NCBI GenBank assembly: GCA_963840035.1
Contig: CAWIXE010000001.1
Coordinates: 224,001-288,000, forward strand
Origin: a candidate division FCPU426 bacterium
Lineage (GTDB): Bacteria; Oederibacteriota; PGYV01; Palsa-1178
DNA: 64,000 nucleotides
Reading direction: 5' to 3'
The notes below the pieces were generated by a model. The model had not been told where the DNA came from. It ran no database searches and worked only from the letters and a program-made list of their open reading frames with translations. This document shows, one piece after another, positions 29,701-39,900 of the stretch (position 1 is the stretch's first letter; each line of letters starts with the position of its first letter). Made by a program: the position numbers and the translations under genes.

Positions 29701-30648
29701 GTAAGGCGCGCCGCTGTACATGAAAAGGCTAAGGTAATACGCGTAGCTGGAACTTACAGGCGACGGAAATATGGCTGACCATGCCGTTCCGTTAAAAGCG
29801 GAAACCACTGCCTTCTGAGATGCTCCCACTTCTGAAAATCCGACATAAGGAATTGAATTTTCCACGCCCATGGAAGTGTAATATGAATTTCCTCCGGACG
29901 CCCATGAACCCACGGGCACCCATGAAGCCCCGTTGAATTTTTTTATGGTCGCCACACCGCTGTTGTTCCAGTCCTGGTAAGCGACATAAAGCGTCCCGTT
30001 GCTTTTATCCGCGGCGAGGGAGACGTAATTGGCCGGCCCGATTGAAAAACCCTGGCTTCCGACATAGTTCCATGCGGACCCGTCAAAACTCATTACTGAT
30101 GTCTTTGAATTTGCCGCCACATCTGAAAAGGCCACATACGGCGTGCCGCCGTATATCTGCAGCGAAGTATAAAGCGCTATGCCCTGCGAAAAACCGGCTG
30201 CGCCGACATAGTTCCACGACCCGCCGAAGTATTTCATGACGCTTGCCCTGCCTGAGCCGATTGAGCCGTCCGTAAAAGCCACATAGGGAGTGGCTGAATC
30301 AACGTACAGCGAGGTATGCATTGCCGTGCCCGGTGAGAAACCTGAGGGCCCGACATAGTTCCATGATGAGCCGTCAAACTTCATTACGCTGGCTTTGTTT
30401 GATTCCACGAAAGCCACATAAGGGTCGCCGATGCTGTCGACAAAAAGGGAACCGTAATATGCCGCGGCAGTTGAAAAGCCCGGCATGCCGACATTTGTCC
30501 ACGCGGCTGAAATGGCGGATGGAAATAGCATGGCAATAATAACGGATACTTTGAGATAGGAAAATAACGAAGGGACACAAGTCTCTTTTTGGCTCCAAGT
30601 TCCTGTAGTTTTAGTTGTATTTGCCAAAGTCAGTTTCCTTTCACCCAA
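23728..30648 (-). CDS. Large secreted modular protein: propeller repeats, NHL, Kelch-like, right-handed beta-helix, DUF11-like, beta-sandwich, Thr stalks, FlgD-Ig/T9SS-like CTD
   Basis: PYVAF...SVMKFDGSSW repeats; NHL DTGNNRVQKF; MWVIGG...NDVW repeats; DPKF...FHLQNGSPAINTG...YDMGAYE; CTD WDLKNESGKTIGQGMYF. Start may be TTG 30627 (SD GAAAGGA). Confidence 0.88.
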   Translation of the reverse strand: MGERKLTLANTTKTTGTWSQKETCVPSLFSYLKVSVIIAMLFPSAISAAWTNVGMPGFSTAAAYYGSLFVDSIGDPYVAFVESNKASVMKFDGSSWNYVGPSGFSPGTAMHTSLYVDSATPYVAFTDGSIGSGRASVMKYFGGSWNYVGAAGFSQGIALYTSLQIYGGTPYVAFSDVAANSKTSVMSFDGSAWNYVGSQGFSIGPANYVSLAADKSNGTLYVAYQDWNNSGVATIKKFNGASWVPVGSWASGGNSYYTSMGVENSIPYVGFSEVGASQKAVVSAFNGTAWSAIFPSPVSSSYAYYLSLFMYSGAPYLAYQDNIAGKATVKHYQSGAWLDLDNAGFSPGEARYTSLFIQNGTAYVAYQDFANSSFMSVMKTSSGVFTATISPTPSSTRTITQTWTVSPTVTPMPTANMGPMCYSLMWGANGNAIGEFNGPAGMETDSGGNIFVVDTGNNRVEKFNSNGVDLSEFGSYGSSDLQFDAPHDIAIDAGNEMYVTDTNNHRVEKFDVTGNYITEWGFNGSGDGQFSFPEGIAVSPDYYVYVADTGNNRVQKFDAFGIHQISWGSAGLSDGFFTSPRGIAVDKDGNILVADSGNNRVQKFDASGGFITKWGSAGTGDGQFNNPSGITTDQYGYIYVADTGNNRVQKFSPSGTFIAKWGTTGALSMQFDTPYGITMLNATTLFASETGNDRVQKFIDCIPPTPTITPTSIAGADWILATGNSQAGVRMGTLMLPFLGKIFMVGGNDGGSGLNSVFSSLDGITWSLETSTAFPTSRAYHTGVVFNNGTGDKMWAIAGVTGSYDDDVWYSSNGITWIQATAAAGFALRAQTSAVVFDNKMWVIGGRDNGSGYLNDVWWSANGADWTMATGNAQFGPRGYHSTLAYNGKMYVIGGYNGTSDLASVYSSPDGVVWTQETASAAFGARSQLAAVTYDDGTGMKMWVIAGTGYKNDVWYSVNGSTWVQKTAAANFSGRMGSASCVFNGSMWLASGFDGTYTKDVWYSGSVAQPTATPYNTGTTTPTVTPFFTQTSTRTATQTATKTATQTVTPTATQTACAMPSSFISFPVDGGSYKPSDILVISGTAIAPCGFLTAERISIKRVSDSKWWDGSSFSMAGEWWNFGAAADPNWTYSGLPPWQPGESYIINWKAQDNNAQIENPNAGITINISLPPELAINQGMSAANCANCGDNITYHLNYSLREKPSALTDPIYTAPATKLVGAGQTYTSIAAAAAAAVPGDVIEVVDSGTYAEKIILPDTTDTAGIIIRAKPGTHPSIVAPDSMIPNGQQDIIELHYNCTIAGFTLDGRFRADHGICSDGTSGYRVDRCVVKNCRAAGISLAQVGTITTAAYPSSYVTNCVLTGNILNNWGFGIMFDQGTARPGMTVNIYNNVMYGNGGPLFVNSAAFEYDIRNCVMWANPGYGFLGDKAKVSYSVLQEATAGFGAGCVNSDPKFAGAASGNFHLQNGSPAINTGDNSISSVVTRDMDLALRPSGGTYDMGAYEYEALNCGATVTGASIWDTIPAGLNFVSASAGYALNGGVISWSIPSLCENDFSGEKYFVVMPASACPILSPEYFSNRASINHSGDLTPVAANPEFISLCTSTPTPIPPSCAQSDNFNTAVGSFWSVSDVGGAAAGSQFVSGGSLTITAGGTNNFNVSHDTFRFIYQPINGDFDISMKVNYAPINSADSSAGIMVRNSLSVDSYFSFVGVQNNGLIMSYARGEAYQEGYGTLAHVNGVPAWVRIVRVGNNFQYFQSTDGTTWDNFDSDTWTASPGGVLIGIAVTSASGSLGEANVDDFTVLSGDICTPAYTPTNTNTHIPTATVTQTTTMTITQTITRTNTQTATQTATQTTTPTTTYTATATRTSTQSVTQTVTKTVTQTVTQTITTTSTKTNTPSTTQTATQTATASATKTNTPAAPAVAVSLAAFNPGNTTHIPGDAYVTVMQLSIRNESAESVSFNSLQTQASGTGNDGPAGILSVEMIVDVNNNGAANGAPDLFMAMGTYAADNTALAISGWPSEVLAPGQTKYYVIAYSFTGTAPYGTYTLSLPSAAHLSGTGMTTGLAWNDLGSFPMNASIITLVAPTPTSTPTSTATSTFTATPTATDTGTKTATPTPSDTATATPTFTVTKTATETATPTFSATDTGTKTNTPTFTYTTTVTDTATPAATFTFTHTRTMTYTKTATPPPTATFTITQTRTVSPTSTPVSTPNIGMALDRNYVDVSKGETLTIKINCSAPGVNVRLKAYNITGELIRKGEFTAAAAGWMNVPWDLKNESGKTIGQGMYFIRIEAEGKSVIRRVFVIK

Positions 30649-30687
30649 AAAGGGCCTGTCTGATACGCTATATAATAAGGAATAATA

Positions 30688-30703
30688 AGCAATAAATATG
30701 CCT
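30688..30703 (-). promoter_or_regulatory. Putative sigma54 (-24/-12) promoter
   Basis: AGGCATATTTATTGCT (GG-N10-GC); dyad TGTCGGTTTTTCGACA (TGT-N10-ACA) upstream at 30781-30796. Confidence 0.65.
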
Positions 30704-30827
30704 GAATAAGCCGGAACTTAGGGTCAAAAACATGGGTTTTAAATGATATTCACCGGTGGTTTTACTTCATGAAACCCAACTGTCGGTTTTTCGACACTCA
30801 AGAAAATATATTTACACTCCAACGCCC

Positions 30828-30929
30828 TTCTTAACCCTTATACTTATCACTTATCCTTAGCTCTTGGCCCTTGCTTTTTAACATCAAGTGCTAAAGGCTA
30901 AGGATAAGAATTAAGGGTAAGGGTTAAGG
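30828..30929. repeat. Hexamer-built hairpin element
   Basis: TTCTTAACCCTTATACTTATCAC ... GGATAAGAATTAAGGGTAAGGGTTAAGG. Confidence 0.85.
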
Positions 30930-30932
30930 TTT

Positions 30933-33900
30933 TTACTTAATTACGTAAACCCTGCGTATGACGCTGTTTCCTTCCGCCGTAATATGCACGAAGTACATTC
31001 CCTGCCCAACTTTTTTGCCGGCCTCGTTCTTTAAATCCCATTCAAAACTATTCCATCCCGGCGCTGTTGTGACAAAATCCATCTTCCTCAAATATTCGCC
31101 TGTCAGGTTATAAATTTTTATCGCCACAGGAATTCCCGCGCCTGTGACATTGACTTTTACCCGGAGTGTTTCGCCTTTTCCGGCATCCACATAATTCTTG
31201 TCGAGCGCCCTGCTGATATTCGGCGTCGGGGAGGACGTATGAGTTGCCGTTATGGTGAAAGTAGGCGTTATGGTATGCGTAAATGACGGCGTGAGAGTCC
31301 AGGTGCCTGTTATGGTCTGTGTCGCGGTCCCGGTATTTGTCCCCGTAACCGTTACTGTTTTTGTAGAGCTCGGCGTTGAAGTCTCTGTCGCTGTATAAGT
31401 CCCTGTTGCGGTCTTTGTAAATGTGCCCGTTGCCGTGAAAGTATATGTATCAGCCGGGGTATTTGTTGGCGTAAAACTCGGTGTTGCCGTGAATGTCCGC
31501 GTATCAACCGGGGTATCAGACGGCGTTACGGTAAATGACCAGGTCTGCGTTTGCGTAGGCGTGTAAGACGGCGTCGATGTCATGGTGTGGGTCCAGGTGC
31601 CCGTGGCTGTCCCGGTCACTGTAGGCGTCGCCGACTGCGTGGCCGTTTCTGTCATGGTTTTTGTAATTGTGGGCGATATGGTCTGTGTTATTGTCTGCGT
31701 GAGTGTCTGTGTCACGGTCTGTGTGACTGTTCCCGTTAAGGTCTGCGTTATCGTATGCGTTACGGTGCCGGTTATGGTTTCCATTTCCGTCCCTGTCGCC
31801 GTCCGGGTAACGGTCTGAGTGATGGTCTGCGTCACGGTTGAAGTCGGCGTGGCCGTCTGTGTTATGGACTGTGTCGCCGTTTCAGTGGCTGTCTGCGTGG
31901 CAGTTTGTGTAAGGGTCTGTGTCCCTGTTTGTGTGGCTGTCGGGCTTGCCGTAGCGGTATGTGTCAGGGTTGCTGTGTCTGTCGGCGTACCCGAGGCAGT
32001 AGAGCTCTGCGTCCCTGTCTGTGTGGCTGTTTCTGTGGCGGTCTGCGTTGTTGTCTGTGTTGCGGTCTGAGTTGATGTAAGTGTCGGTGTTGCTGTCTGT
32101 GTTATGGACTGTGTCGCTGTTTCTGTGACAGTCTGGGTTGTTGTTTCAGTTTGTGTCTGCGTCGCGGTCTGCGTAGCCGTCTGTGTTACGGTCTGTGTCA
32201 TGGTCTGAGTAACAGTCCCGGTCATGGTCTGCGTGGCAGTTTGTGTTATCGTATGCGTTATAGTCCCGGTCGCTGTCAGAGTCACGGTTTGCGTTGCGGT
32301 TTCCGTCATGGTTTCTGTGGCCGTCTGCGTGGAAGTCTGCGTCACGGTCTGCGTGATTGTTTGTGTGGCTGTCTGCGTGAAAGTCTGCGTCACCGTGGGT
32401 GTTTCAAGCGGCGTATTTGTGTGTGTTTGTGTAATGGTCTGCGTCGCTGTTTGTGTCGCAGTCTGTGTTATTGTCTGCGTTACTGTCTCCGTAATGGTTC
32501 GCGTCACGGTCTGCGTTATTGTTTCTGTCGCTGTCTGAGTGGAAGTCTGCGTGACCGTTTCCGTCACTGTCCGCGTGGCTGTTTCAGTGACAGTCTGCGT
32601 GACCGTATGTGTGTCAAGCGGCGTGTTGGTGTGTGTCTGGGTTATGGTCTGTGTTACTGTCTGTGTCGCTGTCTGCGTAACAGTCTGCGTTGTTGTTTCT
32701 GTTACTGTCAGCGTAATTGTCTGTGTGACTGTCTGCGTTACTGTTTGTGTCTGCGTGGCGGTCGGGGTTATGCTAGGTGTCGGCGATACAGTATATGTGG
32801 CGGTAAACGTTGGCGTAGGCGTGGCAGGCATGTAGCATCCTTTTATGACCCTCACGCGGGTATTGCCCATATCAGCGATTGCAAGATCCCCGTTTATCGG
32901 GTTCCACACCACGCTTTCAGGATTGTAAAATTCCACTGAAGGGTCATTTGCAGCCAATCCTTCGCCGTCAAAACCAAGTGTTGTTCCGCTTATCGTTGTG
33001 ACCTCTCCTGTGGATAAAACCACTTTCCTTATCCTGCCGCTGTTTAAATCCGGGACGTACAGGTTGCCCGCGTTATCCAGCGCAGGGTCATTGGGATAAT
33101 CAAATTTTGCGGCCGCGCCAAAACCATCCTGCGTGCCCTGGGTTCCTCCGGCAACGGTTGTAACAGCGCCTGTGGAAAGGTCGACCCTGCGTATGGCGTT
33201 ATTACCGGAATCAGTTACCCACGCGATTCCCGAAGCGTCTATGTCAAGACCCTCCGGCGCGTTGAAGCTGGCTGCTGCCCCTGTGTTGTTGTCAAACCCG
33301 GGTGTACCGTTGCCTGCCACGGTGGTTATTATTCCCGTTCCGGTATTATATTTGCGCACGCAATGATTGCCTGCTTCAGTCCAGTATATGTTTCCGTCAG
33401 GCCCGAGTACCGCGCTTGACGGTTTGTCTATCTGCGCGGATGTTCCCTGGCCATTGTCCCCGGTATATCCGCCGGCGCCGTTTCCTGCCAGGGTGCTTAT
33501 GTTGCCTGTGGCTGCCGTTATCTTATAAAGCCTGTTCCCCACCCACGATACAAAATAAATATTCCCTGAAGCGTCTATGCTCATACGGCCGCTGGGGGCG
33601 GATATCATTGACGTAAGAGCCGGAACATTTTCGCCGCTGTAACCTTCATCCCCTGTGCCGGCTATGCTCGTTGTCATGCCTGTAATGGAATTCATCTTAA
33701 ATATCCTGCCTGCCCTTCCTAAATAAAGGTCACCCGCGCTGTCATAAGTGCCTACATTCGCGTATGCCAGGTAAAGTTCCGTGGCGTAGTAGCCTCCGGC
33801 GTTTATGTAGCCGCCGCCGGCTATTGTGTATACGTGGCACGCAAGCTGCACTGTTGTCGCGGTAGGCGTCGCAGCAGGCACGCATGTGTCAATGGGCGTC

Positions 33901-36900
33901 GGCGCTCCCGATGGCGGCGAGTACCAGACATCCTTATACATTCCAGTATCCTTCTGTCCGCCTGTGAGCCATATCTGGTTCCTGTATATAAGCGCGGATG
34001 AATCCATGCGCGCGCCGAGCACATCCCCTGTGTTTTCCGGCGACCAGCTTGTCCCGTCAGTTGATGACCATATGAATGCCAGATTGCAGGCTCCGCTGTC
34101 CCCTCCAATAATCCACATCTTCCCGTCATACACGGCTGCCGCGGCTGACCTGATGGTTCCAAAATTTGCCGTTCCTGCAGCCTGAAGCCATGTTGTCCCG
34201 TCTGAGGAATACCACACGTCGCTTTTTGCCAGCCCGTCATCCCCGCCTATGACCCACATCTTATTATTGTAAACGACGCACCCGAAATTTGACCTCGGAG
34301 TAAACGCGGCGCCGGCAGTTGCCATATTCCAGTTGCTGCCGTCCGATGTATACCATACGTCGTTGCGCGGATTTGTGCCGTCATGCCCGCCTATTACCCA
34401 GAGCTTGTTGTCAAATACCACTGACGCGTGGCCTGACCTTGGGGCAAAGCCTGTGGCAGGGGCCTGTATCCATGTAATTCCGTTTGTCGTATACCACGAG
34501 TCATTCAATGCGCCTCCGGAGTTGTATCCGCCGATGACCCACATTTTTCCTGCAAACACGGCTGCCGACGGCCTAAAACGGTCGGAAAATGCGGGCGCAG
34601 GAGCGCTTACCCAGTTATTTCCATCGGAAGATTTCCATACATCCCCGAGATAAGTCCCGTTTCCGCCGCCGATGACCCACATCTTTTCCCCGCTGCCGTC
34701 GTCATATACCACGGAAGCATGGCCAAACCTGTTGCCAAATCCCGCGTCGCACGCCGCGAGCGTCCAACCTGCAGCCGCTCCGGACAATGCAGTGGGCAGC
34801 AGAGTTGCTGTCTGCGTTATTGTGGCTGTTGCTGTCTGTGTTGCGGTCGGCGTTGCCGTATATGTGCCTGTCGTAGTTATTGTAGGCGAGGCTGTCGGCG
34901 TGGCAGTATACGACGGTTTCATGGTCGGAGTATCCGTCGGCGTGTTGTAAACCGTGCATCCGTCCTTGCCGCGCCATATCATGGCGTCCATGTCTCCCGC
35001 CGCGTTTTGCGAGTAACCGGCAAGCACTATCCTGTTTTGCGGGTCTATGAGCATGGCCCTTGCCTCGTCATACCCGTGAGTTGAGCTGTCCCAGCGCATG
35101 TCCCCGCTGCCGTTATTGAAGGTGGTATCAGGCGAGCCGTCAGGATTTCCGCGCCATAGCATCATATCTCTGCCTCCATAGGTCATGTTCGCGGAACCTC
35201 CGGTAATTAACACCCTGCGGTTCGCGTCAGTCCTTATGGAATACCCTTCATCATTGCCGTTTACCATGCCGTTTGTGCTGTCCACGGCTATCCAGCCATT
35301 GCCCCCGCCAAGCGAAGGGTCAAGCGTTCCGTCATCAAGTATCCGCCATACCGCCATGTCCATTCCGGTAAATGTATTTGCACCGGCCTCTATGACGCCT
35401 GTTATTAAAATTTTTCCGTCGTCGTCAAGCGTGATGCCGTTGGCGTAATCCGCGCCGCCGTGGTTGAATATCCTGAATCCTGTTCCGTTGAACGCGGGCG
35501 CGTCGAGCGTACCGTCAGGCTTAAAGCGCAGGACGACCATGTCCTTATTAGTCCCGTTAAATGTTTCTCCCGCCACCACTATCCTGCCAAGACCGTCTAT
35601 GAGCATGGCCCTGCCTATGTCCTGTCCTCCGCCCGGCCCAGCCCATGAGGCATAACCGTTTGGCGAGTTAAATGTGTAGTCAGTCGAGCCGTTGGCGTTG
35701 AGCCTGAAAACTCCTATGTTCATGTTGCCGGCCGTGAGTGTCACGCCGCAGGCAACTATCTTTCCGCCCGGGTCAAATGCCATGTCAAATAATCCGGACG
35801 ACTGAATGAACACGGAACCTGCCGTGCCGAAGGAACCGTCGAGGCCGCCGTCCATGAATTTTACTATCATGGAGTCATAATCCGTTCCGTTAAATCTGTA
35901 GCCTGCGGCCAGAGGCCTCTGGTCATTTCCAACTATGATTGCCTGCAGCGCCTCGTCATTAAACCCCGAGGCTGCGTCAAATCCCTGATATCCGCCGGGC
36001 CCGAAGTTTGTGTCAGCCGACCCGTTTTCATTGCAGCGCCACACAGCGGCCATGGTGTTGCCTGCCGCGTCGCTTTTTCCCGCCATGATGAGCCTGCCGG
36101 AAGAATCCCGCGCGATGTCAAAACCCATGTCCCATAACCCAAACCCGCGGTCCAGCCTTTTTTCGCCGTTGCCGTTAAAAGAAGTATCCGGCCCTATGCA
36201 CGGCGTCTGCGTCACAGTGGGTGTCTGGGTAACTGAAGGCGTAACTGTCGGCGTGAAACCCGTCACCCCGTAATCATCCGCTCCTATGTCCCATGGCAGG
36301 CAGCCTTGTCCCTCCGTCAATGTCTTCGTTGTATTTCGCGCCCATATCATAACCCTGGCCAATGAGCGTGGAACCGGCCTTCAGGTGCAGGTCCTCGGAA
36401 CCCTGTGTGCTGTTGACAAACTGGGGCGGGGGCGGCTGGTTTGTGAGCGAACCCGTGCCCGTGGCTGTGGAATCAGCCGAAGCATTATGCCCGCTTCCGC
36501 TGAAAATCCCCGACCCGCCTGTGCCGAAACAGCTGTAATTTATCGCGTGCACATATGAATCCGTAATATCAATATTTGAACCGAAGTTATTTGCTGCCGT
36601 GGAATCAAACCCAACTGCCGGTACCGTAGAATCGTTATTGAGGTTGTGGGCGTTAACAACCGTGTTTGATTCAAATACCGCGTGCACGCCCGTCATGTTC
36701 TCAGGTATGTAAAACGCGGCGCGCGGAATGTTATATATGAAATTGTTCACGACAAATACGTTTATCCCCGATGATATGACCCTTATGGCATCCCCTCCCG
36801 GCGCGGAACCCGTCGGGTTTGTTATCAGGCACTTGTAAATTATCACTCCGTCAGCGCCTATCCTGATCCCGGCGTTGCCGCCGCCTGCCCAGCCCGTAAA

Positions 36901-39900
36901 CGCGATGTTTGTAAACTGCGTGAACGGCTGCCATACGTCAACAGTTCCCATGCCGGTATACCCGGAAGTGTTTATGGTATAACCCGTGCCCGCGGTCCCG
37001 GTGTGCGCCTGGCGCGCGTTGCACTGCGTTCCGGTGTCCGTCGGCGCGAATATATTAATGTTCCTGGCCTGGTCAGTGGTGTAACCGTTAATCCCGAAAG
37101 CAACCGTATCAGTCCCGTCGTTATAACAGACAATGTTTATCCGCTTATTCATGGCAACAAGATCGGATCCGTTCAAGTGCGTTGAGTCAGAAGCGCCCGT
37201 CACCGCGTACGCCATGTTTGAGAAGGCGCGCTTGATGGAGGTGACAGGCAGGTTCGTAAAATCAGCGGCCACGCCCCCGTTTGAATTCATAGCCTCCCAT
37301 GTGGAGGTGTTTATCTTTCGCGTCAGGTAAAGTATGTACGCGCCTGAATTGATTATCACCTCGTCGCCTATGCCGGTCTTCGAGTTATCCTGAGCCGTGC
37401 TGAAATTCAGTATCCCTCCGGACACGCTCGCCAGCGGAGAGCCTGTCTTATGGTCGGTCATGTCAACGCCTACCGAGTATACTATTTCGGTCGGCACTGG
37501 AAGTGCAGTACTTGTCTGGGTGGGCGTCGGCGTGGCGCCCTGTCCCACGGGTGCGTCCATCCAACTGTCATAGCCGGGAGAATCAAAGACAATGCCAAGC
37601 ATGCTTGAAGGAGGGCAGCTTCCGACAACCTGGGCTGAAACAAAGATGAATATCCTGTCCGTCGGGGCAAATCCAAGATCAGGCCAGGTTTCCTGCCATA
37701 CGACCGGGCCCGTTGTCCCCGGGATTGGATCCGGTGACACTGACGACATCAGCAGCGTTCCCGGCTCTCCGCCTCCGCCTGCATATTTGAAAACATCCAC
37801 CCTGAAATGGTACGCGTTTGAATTGGTCGGGTCCCCTCCATACATGTTGAACTTCCATATGCCCGCTCCGGGAACATTTGAACCCAGCACCGGGGAATCC
37901 CACCCGCCAAAATGATAGACAGTCCCGGTCGAAGGGCAATTTGGCGCGGAATATGTAAGCAACATATTGGATCCGGTCGGCGGGTTTTGTGACAGCGCCG
38001 GGACTGTGTTCGGGTCGTCGGATAAATAACTGCGGAGATGCCATGAAATTGCAGGCGGTCCGGTTGTCGGGGTAACAGTCGGAGTCGGCCCGCCGGAAAC
38101 GCAAAGTTCCGCCTTTATCGCCCATCTCCAGTCGTCAAAGTGGTCGGGTAAAAATACCGCGGGGAAATTGCCGTATGTCCATACATCCCTGTACGCCGAG
38201 TCATGCGACCCTATTACATTGTCATATCCTATAAGCACTCCCGTCTCTGACTGTATGGCAAGCCAGTAATCCCCGGCAGGCAGGCTTCTGTATGGCACGA
38301 CAAAATCATTCCACCCGGCAGTTACGCTCTGGTCTGTGGATTCACATATCAGCGTTTTAGGCCCGCCTAAATTTCCGTCCAGCAGCGGGTCATTGTCATA
38401 TATGGCCACCCTGGCGTGTTTTCCGCCGCCGCCGTCATTGGCTATGTACAGCATAAGCCTGCTGACATCAGCGGCCTGCGTCAGCGTGTATCTGCTCGTG
38501 TCAATAAGGGTAATAGCGCTTGACCCGCCCTGGTCGGGTTTTCCGAACACGAAATTACAACCGGGGCCTTCGGCGAGGAACTCATAAGAGATGTCGCCGT
38601 GCGCTATGTTCCACCACGTTGATCCGCCGTTAGCCGTATAAGAGCCTTCATACGCCGTGCCGCCGTAACTCGCGTAGCCAAACTCCGCTGATCCGTCCGA
38701 TGACTGACCCGCGTTTACCGTATAATTATTTGCGCCGTCCGTTCCCGATCCGTCGGCATAGAAATGAAGCCTGTAATTTTTGCCGGGATTTAAGGTAACT
38801 TCGCCTATGTATTTTTCGACCCACGCATATGTCCCCGCTGCCTCATTGGGAAGCGCCATGATGCCATCCTTGACATCTATAGCGTCTGTCATGTTCCATA
38901 TCATATACCTGAGCGGCGCAGTCGGGTTCCCGTTTTTCATCACATACGCTTTCAGGGAAACCACTTTTGTAACGGACGTCGGGCCCGGGAAAGTCTCCGA
39001 TATGAACTGGTCGTCCCCGGTGTACGGGGAAGTTCCCGAACCGTGCACTGCAAAGTTAAAAGGCATCTCGTAAGGGTTGCCATAGTCATTTACCAGGTCC
39101 TGGTTTATGAGCACCATGACAGGCATGCCTGAGAGCCCCACCCATGAGCCGAAAGTATAAAGCATCGCCTTCGCGTACTGGTCATACCTCTGGTCTGTGG
39201 GCCATATGCCGTGGCCCGGATTTGTGAAGATGAAATACGCAGAACCTCCGCCGAGGTTGTTCGGCGATATAACCGCATGATAAATGGTCCCGGGATTAAG
39301 GGTCATATTCGGCATGTCTATGGTGTTCCACATAAAAGAATTAAAGGAGACATTGCTCCACGACGAATAAACCGTCGTTCCCGGAGCGTGCGCCGCGGTG
39401 CCGTCGTCGTCCCTGATCTCGACATTGAATGTCGGGCTCATGGTTATGGACGATACATATATCCTTAATTTATCAAAGGTCATGTTCTTTGAAACCGTGA
39501 ACCTGAAGCTTAATTTTTTTGACGGATCGTCCAGGGCGGTGACGGAATTCCCGTCAACCACGCTTTTATTCCCAAAAAGCATTATCGGCGTCTGTGCGGG
39601 CGTCGGGGTTATGGTCGGAGTTCCGCCGGCCGTGAACATGAGCGATGCAGGAACGCCTATTTTTGAATATTCCGGTGAACCGTTATAATCCAGATAAACC
39701 CACCTGCCCGAGCCGCAGGCATTATACGCTTTTATGGAAAAGTACAGGCTGTGGCCCGGCGTCCATGTTATGGATCCCATCGCCGATGTCCAGCTGAATA
39801 ATGTGGCTGCCCCGCCCAAAAGCGACGTGCACGACGACGAGAACAGGTATGCCCCCGGCACCGTTCCCGAGTAGTCATAAACATCCACCATGTAATTCAC

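Noticed and set aside
31551..32939. Plus-strand Val/Cys/Ala-rich ORFs (also opposite the other Thr tracts)
   Set aside because: Antisense shadows of Thr-rich minus-strand coding sequence.
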